The notes under the pieces were generated by a model. It saw only the letters and a list, made by a program, of their open reading frames with translations, was not told the DNA's origin and searched no databases. Positions 11,472 to 23,954 of a stretch of 64,000 nt of DNA are shown piece by piece (the first letter of the stretch is position 1; every line of letters begins with the position of its first letter). The position numbers and the translations under genes were made by a program. The stretch comes from Trichoplax adhaerens (taxonomy: Eukaryota; Animalia; Placozoa). The stretch covers positions 381,502 to 445,501 of the forward strand of contig NW_002060963.1 of assembly GCF_000150275.1 (NCBI RefSeq), written 5' to 3'.

Positions 11472-14322
11472 AAGCAATCACGTGCATGTGCTATAATTTA
11501 GAGCACCTAATGGATATCTATGTACGTAAAAGAGCATTAAAATTTGACATAGAGCATGAAGGGTTAGGAAGGTGCGATGGGAGTACTACAATAAGCTTGC
11601 ATTCTGATAGGTGTTCTACACCTTCATAATATATCATAATATAAGTTAAGTAAGATTCTGCTCACTTTTTATTACTAAAAATTTAGCTGAAAAGGATCGC
11701 AGAATGTCTCCTTCTCACTTAGGTGCGTGCAGTGTAATGCGATATCGAGCAGTGACTACAGCTAATATACGAGTCGTAAGCTTAATATGTTCTGATGATA
11801 AATGGATGCATCCCTTACGGTCGATGCTTTCATAGCGTTGAACATACTGTTTCTTTACAATCATACGTTAATGAATCTAGTATGAATCGAGGTCAGCTTC
11901 TCTAACACTAATTTTCTTTCTTAACATATTTATAACAGCTATAGAGAATGCTGAAAATTGACTAAGCCATCGCTAAGAGGACGTGATCCTTATAGTTGCT
12001 CAATCATGATATTGAATATGATTTAGCTAAGCTAACGCAGGGTAACTTTCGAATCCTTTGCTATAATGTAATCACTCATAAATTAACGTACAGTTCTATA
12101 AAAGTATTCAGTTCCGATGCATGCTTACTTTCAAATTCTTCCTCGGTCTAACTTGTTTTCGGCGACTGTTCATATCAGACGTATAATCATAAATATTTGG
12201 ACTATGACCTTATAAAAGCTATTATAGACAAGAAAAGTTATTAGTTCAGGTTCGCGTAATGATTTTATGACAACATATTGACTCTACAGTAGCCACTGAG
12301 TTAATCTACGGTACGAGTTTTATGGCTAGTTCCATCAACAAAAGTTTGATAAGTTTCATAAACCTTACTTGTATATGCCAGACTATACAAATGGAGCATT
12401 TTCGAGGATAAAAATTTTAGGATTTTGATAAAATTTGCAAGAATTAAATTAATATCTAGTTTACCAAGTGATTGAATAATATTTCTTCCCTGAGAAATAG
12501 ATCTACTATCGTACAGCACTGTAAAACTCTCCAACTGAAGAGCACGGTTCTAACCAAATCAAATGTACCGGATTGGAAATAGGTGTGCGATAGATTAATT
12601 GTATATTATTTAGTCTTTATGCTCCAGTAACAGTTGTAATGGTATTGCACTCCACTCACACTAGCACCACTACTGTAGATTAGAATGTGATAAGTACTAC
12701 GGTAGGATAATTTTCGGTTTCATTTATCTTTATTGTATAATGCCGCAAGTACTTATAATATAAGCAAAAAAATTCAATGCATGATGCTTTCTACTTCCGT
12801 ATAGGCCGAGCAGTGCAAAACATGGCACGCTAACTCAATTTTTAGAGCAAAAATTAATTTCTATTGCTAATATATTAATTTAATTGCTAACAGAAACATG
12901 ATTCATTTTATTCACTCGTAATAGAGTAATAGACTAAAATGCGTAACTAAAGCCAAACGGGAGTTTAAGATAATCTATCCATATACTATGTAGTGGACAG
13001 CTTAGTAGAAATATTATATTTTGTACCATACAATTCGCTGATATCCCATAGTACACACAGCATCGAATACTGATTTGTATCATCCGCTTTCGACCTAATT
13101 TCTGTTAAAATCTGTAATAGGCAGGTAACGTAGTCCCCTAATCGATTAAAATTGTAGATTAGTTTGTTAAATCATGGAAAGTGTCGAATCGTGACAGATA
13201 TTTCCAGTATCGATACCTATTCCTAATTATACTTTTGCGCATGGGTACTTAAATTAATTTATATAACAAAGTTAAGTTTTACAAACTATTAAAAGCGTTT
13301 GCTATATTATGCTGAGACTATTTTACTACTTGATAAAGATAAAATTACGATAATCGTTTCGATGTTAAAAATTGTGTAAAATATTGAAATAAGAAAAATA
13401 ACATCGATTAGCTTCATATTTTTTAATGCTTAAAATGAAATCCAATCATGCTATAATTTTCAGCGTTTAGTAAAGTACTTGTATTTCATTGTAAGAAAGA
13501 CTTAATCATATGTTATAAGACAAGTTATGGCATTTCAAAACTATGGAGCACAAATTTAATGTCGTAAAAGTCGATCAATTAATTATAAGCAAATTTCACA
13601 TCCAATAAATCTCAGATTCATAAATCATCTCTTTCCTCTTTCAATTTAATTTAATAATATTATTACATGATATTGTAGTTGTATTATATACTATGGTTAA
13701 ACATTTATAGCATCAAGCATTACGAGGTAGATGAACAACTACTAATAATACTGCTGAATACAAAATTAGCAAAGTCGAAGTAGAGCAGATTCGTATTATC
13801 AAGATCCTATTACTAAGAGGGAATACGGCTATACCGACTAATAAAATTTCACAACTCACCTACACAAACTTAATGACTGGACTAATTGTTATGAAGGCTA
13901 CTTTAAATAAAAGTCAAGACAGTTTACAGTACCACGTACTTTATTACAGTAATAATTCTTGATTCCAGGGGTTCAGTTAACGAAGAGAAATGAAAATTGA
14001 GGGAGAATCATTTTATTAGCAATAGGTGGTAAGAGATAATCATGAATGAAGAATATCTAGTAGTTCATACAAGGGTATGCGACAATTACGAGCATGATTT
14101 GAGCTACTGTTAATCTAGCCTACGAAAGTGTTAGGAATGAGCTAGAGTTGTAAGATATTAATAACAAATTTATCATGTTTTAGAAGCACACAATTATAAG
14201 TGGATAACAATAAACTCTCTTAGAACTGGTCGACAAGGATAACGTAAAACAAATCTCTAAATTACTATAGTCTCCGGGATTCAGTATCCCTTAACTACCT
14301 CACAAGAATTTAGACGCCTTTA

Positions 14323-14372
14323 NNNNNNNNNNNNNNNNNNNNNNNNNNNNNNNNNNNNNNNNNNNNNNNNNN
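14323..14372. other. Assembly gap (50 N)
   Basis: Run of exactly 50 N. Confidence 0.99.
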
Positions 14373-15647
14373 CCTCTTGATTCTACGTTAAAACAACTAT
14401 ACAATCGAGAACTGCTTTATTCAACTATCTGACGGGCTTATATACCCTTCTACAGCAGCTAACATTCACAAGTCATCTTATAAAAATACTTAGGTGAGAA
14501 CATCTACTAACTAGTTTTTCACAGTCGGACTACAATATGTCCATTCACAGAATCATTTCAGTGCACAATACAGCACAGCATTAAATTTACTGCAACACAT
14601 TTATAATTAGAGTAATCCCTATTGTAAGTGACTAGTTGTAATATAATATCACTATATTATATTAACCAAATTTAGATATCTATTTCTTCACGATAGTTCG
14701 TACCGTGACATGCAGTAGTTACTTATTTCTAGTGATAAAATGTAGATCTTATAATCTTCTTGGTCAAAATACTTTATGAATATCCCTTCCATTGTTACTC
14801 TTATATAACTTCTATCTTTACAAGTAAAACTCATTGTAACAATATTACCACTAGGCTGCTTTATGGCTACATCCGTATTTAAAAATGCCTTCTTTATTAA
14901 TTCAATATCGATAACTTGTTATAAATGTACGTATTTACATCGATCGTATAGATATTCAATATAGCTTTATATATCATGCTAACATTAGCCTATGGGTAAT
15001 AAGTGCCGGTCGTGCAAAAGATTCTAAACAAAGAAATGAAAATAGAAAGCAAATATATATATGCGTAGTATTTATCTCATAAAATGTAATAGACGACTGA
15101 TTCTAAAGAATCTCAGTTAGTCCTTTATTTAATAGAAAGTACGCAAAAATGCGTCAAGCTAAAAAATCGAAACGAAATGAACCGTTGATTTCTGAAAAAT
15201 CGAAAATGGTAAACTTCAATTATAGCCAATATGATTACTCGTGACTTGAATAACAAACAGTTTTAAACATTGACAATACATAAACTCGAATATCGATATT
15301 AAAATTCTATTTCTATTATTTAAGTAAGTGGATAGAAAAATAGTTGTCATTATGTGCTCTTATTTTGCTATTGATCGTTAGACGCTAAATGTTCATAATA
15401 TCAATAATGTTATATTAGTGAAATGAAAACTTCACTAAATATCTGAAACCTACAACTTACAAATAGCATGACATTCCTATTTACAATTAAAGTGGCAATG
15501 TTTAATGATAGCTGTGCAATACTGGCCCTTTAACAACGAGATAAGATCTATGCTTGAATATGCGATTGCATAAAATGATTTAAATAAGTGTACTATCAAC
15601 ATGACCAATGATCAAGTGCCAATTTCAAATTACATCACTAATAATTG

Positions 15648-18600
15648 TTATTGCCTATCAATAGCTGGCAGTTTATGGCCTTTAAGTCCTTGACGATAAT
15701 GTTGCTTCTTTTGCGGCATTAGTAACACTTGAGACTACGTAAAATATTAAAGGACGAATATTAGCGCTTACAAGGCAAAGAATTGATTAAGTGTTAAAGA
15801 CAGTATGATACCAAAGTAGAACTACAAATTAATTTTGAATTAAATCAAAGCTCTACTAACGTAGTTACTTTTCTACCAACGAGCTCTAATGTACTTTAAA
15901 ATAGCAGTGAAAAATAACTTAATAAGCTTAAGATAGTCAACTCCTATTAATAGTAACCATATGAAATTACCTGATGTTGTGGCTTCATATTTACACGATG
16001 AGAATTACGAATAGTTTTAGTTTGAGTTATTCCATATGAATATTGAGATTTTGAATTGTTATTAAGATGCTTAGTATATGTATCAAAACTTGCACCAGCT
16101 TGAATCTTAGGTAGTGACATAAAATTTCCTTGTTTATTGCTTTGTTCAAGACCTTTATGAGCATGTTTTAGAGTTAACATAGGTAGTTTAGCTTGCGGCT
16201 TTATGCTATCCTCCGTTGACTAAATATAAATAAGCACACAAAGATAACGTTATTAGAAATTAGTATCCAGCTCAGTATTGACCTTAAAAATTGATGCCAG
16301 CATTATACTATAAAACTAGAAATGAAGATGTTACTGCCATAATGGAAATGAAAATTTAAATATCTACAGTATAGTTTTTTAGTGCTTCGTATATCGATTT
16401 CCATAAAAGACGCTGCTCATATAGGAATCTTAGTATATTTCCTTGGTCTAACCTGTGACACAACACCAGCTTCATCAGATCGCTTCGATTTTTGGGCTTT
16501 TCGCTGTAGGAAAGAATAAAATTTAGGACATTTTTAGCAAAATCACAGCATGAAGGTTGGTTGCTTACTTTATTCTATTTCTATAGCAATCCTATCGATT
16601 CCTCATAAGTTTATGGCAATGATTCTACTTTATACTATGAGTAGGATATTGGTAACAAATAAAAGCTAAATTCCGCTCTCACCTTTTTACGTTGTCTTTT
16701 CTCTTTTTCTAGCTCATCTAATTCATGTTTAAATAAGTTTTTATCTTCTTCTTTACGTATCTGGTGATCTTCATCAGGTTGTGGCGTTCCAATAGTAATG
16801 GTTCTCTCAATTTCTAGTGCTGCAGCAGCTAATTCAGCGCGTCGTTGTCGAGCGGCACGGCGTTCTGCATCGCTACATTTCACAAAATAATAACATTTAC
16901 TCTCTAATTCAACCCAAACAAATAGCTATATAAGAGCCAATATTTAATTGAGTTTTTGCAATTATTTGCTATTCCGATTAAGTTATAAACTGTCGCTAAA
17001 GCCGAAGAATGGTTAATTAATTATAGTCAGTAAGTAACTCATGCAATTTCCTGTACGTGTAATATAGAAATAGCCGCCAACTATGCCGTACTGCCCTTTT
17101 ACTTTACAATTATATCACATAATTTTATCATACTTACCGAATCTCTTTAAAATAGGGATGTTTTAATGCTTGTCTTCCGGCAATTCTAATTCATTCAAAG
17201 AAATATAAAAGCGTTTAATTTACATCATCATCAGGTTAATATTGAGTAGAACTTGTTAACCTCTCATCTGGATCGTAACAGCATAATTTCTTAATTAAGG
17301 AAATACATTCAGGGGATGCATGGGGTAAGTATCTTTCAATTCCTTTACCAACTTTATGAGGGAAGTTGAAATTGATATTGGGATTATGGCATTTACTGCG
17401 TAGAGAAACATTTAATTAGTCAAAAAATGTCTAATACGAACATAAAATTTCTTCATCTTTAGCACTGAATACAATAGTTATAATTAATTATTACTATCAC
17501 AAATATTAATATTGAGACACAACAGAGAACCTAATTTGGGCCAACAGATAGATTATGGTATTTTCTATACCAGTAAATATTTATTGAGGAAATATATTAC
17601 AGTACTGGTAATAACTATTATGGTTAATAATACTGGTGTGTAGTACTAGTAAGAATTTGATAACTCTACAGAGAAACAGGCTTTCATATTATCAAAATAA
17701 AATGCTTTCCTATCACTTGTTACGGTCCATCGATAGGACTGTAAGACATATTTAACTTACTCTTTAAATTTTTGCAATAGATGATCAGGAGGAGTACCCA
17801 TGATATCATGGATTTTAGCAACTTGATCAACTTCATTAGCTCCAGGAAAAAGTGGATGCAAACTAAAGGACAAGCAGCAGTTATTAAATATTGAAAATAG
17901 AAGCATGCTACAGCGATAGTTATTTTGATAGGGAAATAACTATACTTGCTCAGAAAGGCCAACTTACGTCATAATTTCGAACAGAACACATCCAACACTC
18001 CACATATCCATTTTATAAGTATAATAGCCATCTGTTAATAAACATTCCGGAGCACGATACCTGCAACATTGTCGAAAAAATGATAGAAATGAAGGAATTT
18101 TCTATATTTAAGGTGATAGACCGCTCTAGACTAATATACGATCAAGATTTTACGGCAAGATTAATGTGATCTTGAAATTGATTTCAGTAGTTTTAATTTT
18201 GTATTTTGACTTACCATCGAGTTGAAATGTATTCTGTATAAGGAGGCTTAGAATAAACACTACGGCAAGAGCCAAAATCAGCTAATTTAATAAGACTATC
18301 TTTTAACAAGATATTCTCAGGCTTAATGTCACGGTGGAAAATGCCATTTCTAAAAGTAATTTAAACCAGTAAACGTACTATTTAATCAGTTTTCTTTAAA
18401 AGAATATCTATAAGTATTGGCTAAATAATTTACTGCTAAGATTAATGATTAAGGTGAAGATTAGAGTCAATGATATTCATAATTCCATCTCTTTCTCTAA
18501 CGGAAAAAAAGTAAGATTTTTAGTTCCTCTTACCTGTGCATGTAGTCCATCGATTTTAATAATTGCCACATGTATCTCTTAACTTTATCTTCTGATAGAT

Positions 18601-21600
18601 AATCGCGCAAACCTGTCAATGAATGAACAAATTAAATTATCAATCATTAATTAAATGAATAAGAAATGTGTCCATGTTAGTATCCTCCATTAGAAAAATT
18701 GTAGTTATCGTGGCTTGTAAATGATTCGTTAGGTTAATCTATGTGTCTGGATTACAGATATTTCAAAAATAACTCAAGATTGCATACAAACCTCGTATTA
18801 ACTCGTATAAATTCATATCCATTAATTCACAGACTAGCCATAACGAACCAGTTTTTTTCTCACTATAGCATTATGAAAAGTGCACCAATAAAGTTAGAAT
18901 AAGTCATTTTAACGTTGTGCCAGAGCTATAATAACTCTAGGATGTAACAATACGGTACTTTGAAACGTGCAAGCTTGATTTTTTACCCTGTATTTTTGTC
19001 AATGTGTATCATACAAAGTGAATAAAGTGATCATTATCCTATGTGTAATGTTATGAATCTTAAGTATAGCGATTAAAGTCATAACGACATCGTTCTATTT
19101 GACGTTCTAAATTATCCTATTATCCATAAATAGACTATAAAGAAAATTTAAATTATTGGTATGCAAGACTATGGTCTTAAATCAAGTGAAGAGGGCTATA
19201 TATAAAAAAGTGATACTGTTGAAAGATTTCTCTATGAAACGAAGTTAGCCTTCAATATAGTCCCGGTAATAGATAAATTTTTATCATATCAACAACGCTT
19301 TGCTTTAATAATATGTACAGGAAGAGCTTTTTATTATTGTTATAGTACTATGATAAAATTTACTAGAGGATAATATAATTATAATACAGTCCTGTAGAAA
19401 TCGCTTTCAAAAATAACAGACATAGTACTAAATTTGCTTGCGTTAGCAGCGCAAAAGTTTGGTTAATCATATTATATACGGTATATTTGCTATTTATCAT
19501 TCTAATTATCTGTTAGAAAGGTGCCATCAAATCAACTGAGATATTAAGATGGCTCAAAGTATGAAATAAGGGTTATTATCGTTACGTATATGATATAGTC
19601 TTACCGAATGTAGGATTATACTATTTTACGTTTCTAATTTCTTATGTTAGTCATAGCATATGCTGAGGGTATAATATGAGATAAGATTTGAATATTTCAT
19701 ATTGTAGGCGGCTATCAAGTTAGCTACGGTATTTTCTCTCCATTTTTCTGTGATAGAATAACTATTGAGATTGAATAATCATTACAAATTAATTGTTAAT
19801 CAACTATATCGCATTATTTGGAATTTATCTGCTATAATATCTTTCATCTCTAATCTTATGCTGCAATGACATGATAAATATGACCAACCCTTATCATATA
19901 AGCTGTAAGTGAAACTAGATCTCATTAAAATAAGTAGCGAGACAGAAAGAGTAATTAATAGTCGTCAATTTCAATCTGCATTGCAGCTGCAATTGAGGGC
20001 TATGGAATAAAAGTCAGTCGTTGTATTTTCATTAAATGACATCATGGAGGAAAATTGAAAATAAATCGATAATATTGAGCATTATTGTAGTGTATTTAGA
20101 ATATACTGTAACTATATTCTACTCTTAAATATAGACATCTTGTATTGCTCTTATATTTAGACAGATCTACAGTCCTCTTACTCTACATTCATATATAGAC
20201 TACTGTATTTAGTTATTACGGTACTCGCTGTTTTCTATAATCATCTGCTATTTTGTAACCTGTTATGGTATATGTTGTATCTAATTCCACAATCCTATTC
20301 TCTGCGTGTGCTCCATCTTTAAAACTATAAATACCGGCGATTTCTACCTCAGAGTTCATTAGCCTCTCAGTTAGTCTTCTAGTTAGTCTCTCACAATCTA
20401 ATACTTCTACTCGTTACTCACGACAGCTTGCACGCTGATCTACCGTAACTACCTCACTGTACTTCACATTACTAACCTACAATAAAGCATAACTTTTATA
20501 AACCCTTTGTTGTAATAATTGTAAATGGCGACTAAATCTCAATCCTCTGAGATATCGAACCCTCCATCACAATTATCATACTGATCAAGTAATTAGATGA
20601 GTTCATTATTAATCGACAGCCATTACTAGTACCTTGAACACACAATAAAGGCAAGCTTTACTGACAAGTAACTATGCAGTACAGATTGCTAATTTTGCTT
20701 TTATGGCTGATCAAATGTCTTATGACAGTTAATAATCATTAGCAGTATGCTAATAGCATGACCATGGTTAATAGGTCAATATATCAAGATTTCCTTGATT
20801 TACACAGAGACGGGTATAAATCAAGTAAAAAGCTAATCACAACTTACAAGACGACTTCCTTTAATTGAAGAACATTGGGATGGGATGATAATCGTCGTAG
20901 AGCTTGAACTTCACGCAAGTTATTTACTTGTTCCGTGCTATATATCATTTAAAGTAGAAATTCTCATTAATTATATAAAATTGCAACCTGATCCATCGCA
21001 AGTTATTAATATATATCATACTTTAATTTTAAACTAAAATAGCAAAGAAATACTACTACGATTGAAAATATCGATATATCACTCTAACATGCACTTTACA
21101 AATTATAATGGCTAATCTAATAGCCATAACATTGCCGTAATGCTGCAACCTTCAGCTTTCCCAATATGATATTTTAAGTATTGCCTTACGATAATGGTCA
21201 AGTAATCATTTGAGAGCCTATCATCACAGCATAAGTGTGCTAAGAATAGGATACGGTAATAAATATGATGTTCTTGTGATATGCTACACTAAAGCGTTTT
21301 TCGTAGAAATAAATAATATTAATCTAATGCAGTTGCTCGTTTCAATTACGGTAGATAAACATTTAGCTTGAATACTTTATCATCTACTGGCAAGTAAATA
21401 GTTTAATACCTCACGAGGAGATATCATTAAACACCGGTTCTAGGGTAAGGACTCTTAAGTATGGTATATAAAATATTATAATGGAGGCGATGATAATTTA
21501 CGACATTAGAGCATCGATTAACATAGCTATTATCCCTTTCTTTCAATAAACTTAAATAGATGAATATCTAGGACTGCAAATAGCACGTAGATGAATTTAG

Positions 21601-22175
21601 AATATAAAAATCGGCTAATCACGATCAATATGTCGCACTACTGATTGTAAATTCATGTATACCATGTAATGCTTATGAACCGAAAAAGACTTCGATTGTA
21701 AGTTTAATCTTTACCACAAAAATCGATTAAAATAGCATGACGGAATACACTTATCATAGCTATAGAAATTTTCAGCAACTATAAAGTAGTCGTTTAATAT
21801 TACTCTTCATTAGTTGGAAAATCATTCACAGCTTTCCGTTTGTTGCAAGAGTTTTTAATATGTCATTGCCGATGTTCCTACTCACGTTCACAATCATATC
21901 CCTACCTGTTATAGCGTTGCTTCATCTTCTTACACGCATAATAGGTGCCTTCCTTGATATGCTGGCATTTTAATACTTCTGAGAAGGTACCTTCTCCTTT
22001 TTTCGATAGTAATCTATAATCTAAGTAAAGTAGCACAGTAATATCAAGTATTCAAACATGAATTTAGAGACATTTATTTGTGCAATAAAAATACGAAAAG
22101 ATATTATTATCATAGTTGCAAAGATTAGTTCATAAGCTTTCCCATTAAAATAATTTTAATATACTTACTTTGCAT
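15648..22175 (-). CDS. MOK: MAPK/MAK/MRK overlapping kinase (MOK/RAGE), ~14 exons
   Basis: ATG CAA A|gt at 22175-22169. Exon 22020-21906 reads [31 protein letters not shown]. Later exons give [69 protein letters not shown]|[25 protein letters not shown] and ALKHPYF. The last exon ends KLPAIDRQ* (TAA 15650-15648). Confidence 0.93.
20261..20640 (+). mobile_element. Possible degenerate LTR with primer-binding site, inside a MOK intron
   Basis: Begins TGTTATG (20261), then TATAAATA (~20327), a CT-rich stretch, AATAAA (20481) and TGGCGAC (~20526), which is a Gypsy-type PBS start. No clean CA end or TSD was found. Confidence 0.3.
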
Positions 22176-22403
22176 CGTTTCTATAAGGTTTTTCTTGTAA
22201 ATTTACCAATATAATGTTAATGAATAGAGAAATTAACTGACATCTTTACCAAGATTTAGCATCAGCGATTTCGATTGTACACAATGCGATAACTTTAAAG
22301 ACTGGTAGGGAATAAGAGGGCCGACAATAGAAGATCAAATCCAATTTAATTAAACGGAACTGATCGATTTCTGATGATCTAATTAATAGTGTCTCTGTTC
22401 GTT

Positions 22404-22611
22404 ATTACCGTTGCAACCAATTCGATATAGATAATTCGATTTTAAAGAACGATTTATTTGGCAACAAGGAATATAAAACCAAATGATAGGATTTAATGCG
22501 TTGATAAAACGTAGATCAATTAATCAATCTTAAAATGCTATCGATCGTATATTAAAAAAGTCAATGTTGAAAAGTTCCCCTGACCAAGCTAGCTTGAGTT
22601 ACCATAGTGAT
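22404..22611. promoter_or_regulatory. RFX X-box-like motifs upstream of MOK
   Basis: ATTACCGTTGCAAC (22404-22417), a GGCAAC half site (~22460) and GTTACCATAGTGAT (22598-22611) resemble the X-box GTTNCCATGGNAAC. They lie 230-440 bp upstream of the MOK ATG. Confidence 0.5.
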
Positions 22612-23954
22612 TAATATATGCATCTCAATCATAACAATATAAAACAATACCTTCATGAATAATTCTATTTGTTACATCGTGCTGTGTATATTGATTATCG
22701 CGGTCAAAGTATCTCCTATGAGTTGTTCGATTTTTTAACTCTATCGATGGTCAACATACTATATAAACTGGTGATGATGACGACAATAATTAATACTATA
22801 TATCGTCATCAATCAACATTTTATCACCAATAATATTAATCGATGCAACAATAGATTATTTCCATTGTCAATGCTATATTATATGCAACGTGCAAACTAG
22901 TTAATGGATGACTATATTGCAGCGTCCATGGCGCTATTGATGACTTTAAATTGTAGAAGGTCAAGGCTCAGTTTTCGGTTACCTTTTAGTGAAGAAGAAT
23001 CTTCAAGTTTCTCTTATTCAAATAACATATTGAAAAATACGCTAATTTCCAAATAATCAAATTAAATCTATTTTGTACAGTATATCGATCTTATAGGCAA
23101 TAAAAGATAATTATTGCAAATTGCTGCGATCTATGGGGCTATTATTAATCTCTATATCACTTTCATCTATTTTACAGAGGCTACTAAGATTGACTACAGT
23201 AATACAAACATTTTCTTACCAAATTAAATTTTTCTATATGCTTCTGATATATTTTAAACCAACGACGTAACTTTTTATTAATAATAAATCTTTTACAGAA
23301 GCATAGATAGAATGATACATCATCACCTATTCTAGCTTTGAACATGAAATGACTACTACGTATAGCTATCTTTCCGAATAAGTGACCCAGTTTAATCAAA
23401 ACTAATTTGATAACCAAATTGCTAGTAAAAGTAAAATAATTACCGGCTCAAAGATCTAGCCCATATTGTGCCTAGATTAAGATTGAATATCTATAACGGA
23501 TCAAATAGGTATGCCGATTGGGAGAGAGACTTCCTTGAAAATAGAATGACTTCCACCTTGACGCTTCCAATAGATCAACAATAATAAATGCGATAATTTC
23601 AATGAAAATCTCTTCTACTGTCAGTAAACAAACAATTAATACAATAGACAATGTCAATATTCTCCAGCCAAATTCTATTCTTGTGCTATTATTTCAATAC
23701 GTCATTCAGATTGTATTGTTAACCGGTCTATAGATTAAGAATATTCGACACCGACACTACTATCTCCAGATAATATGAATCATCTAGCATAACGCCATTG
23801 CAACAATAAATCAATTTTATCATTTATTATAACATGAAGTTTAGGAATGAATAATTATAAAAGAAATAATATAAAGGTACAAGACTAAATATAATAAAGA
23901 TATAAGTAGATAAGCATATTATTACCAGTCAAATATATTTAAAATGCAGAGTTA

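Noticed and set aside
12301-12534. 77-aa minus-strand ORF containing ANFIKILK, reminiscent of the CARD exon's QFIKILK
   Set aside because: Similarity is limited to 6 residues encoded by AT-rich codons; no other CARD pattern or splice support.
13720-14500. Possible Penelope/non-LTR retroelement remnant around the gap
   Set aside because: Only vague, frame-broken motif resemblance; cannot be supported without a search.
15860-15895. Possible extra MOK exon (YIRARW*)
   Set aside because: It introduces a stop in phase 0; skipping it gives a clean join to the LPAIDRQ* exon.
23184-23657. Two hydrophobic minus-strand ORFs faintly like GPCR fragments
   Set aside because: No DRY/NPxxY motifs or coherent 7TM structure; likely chance ORFs in AT-rich DNA.
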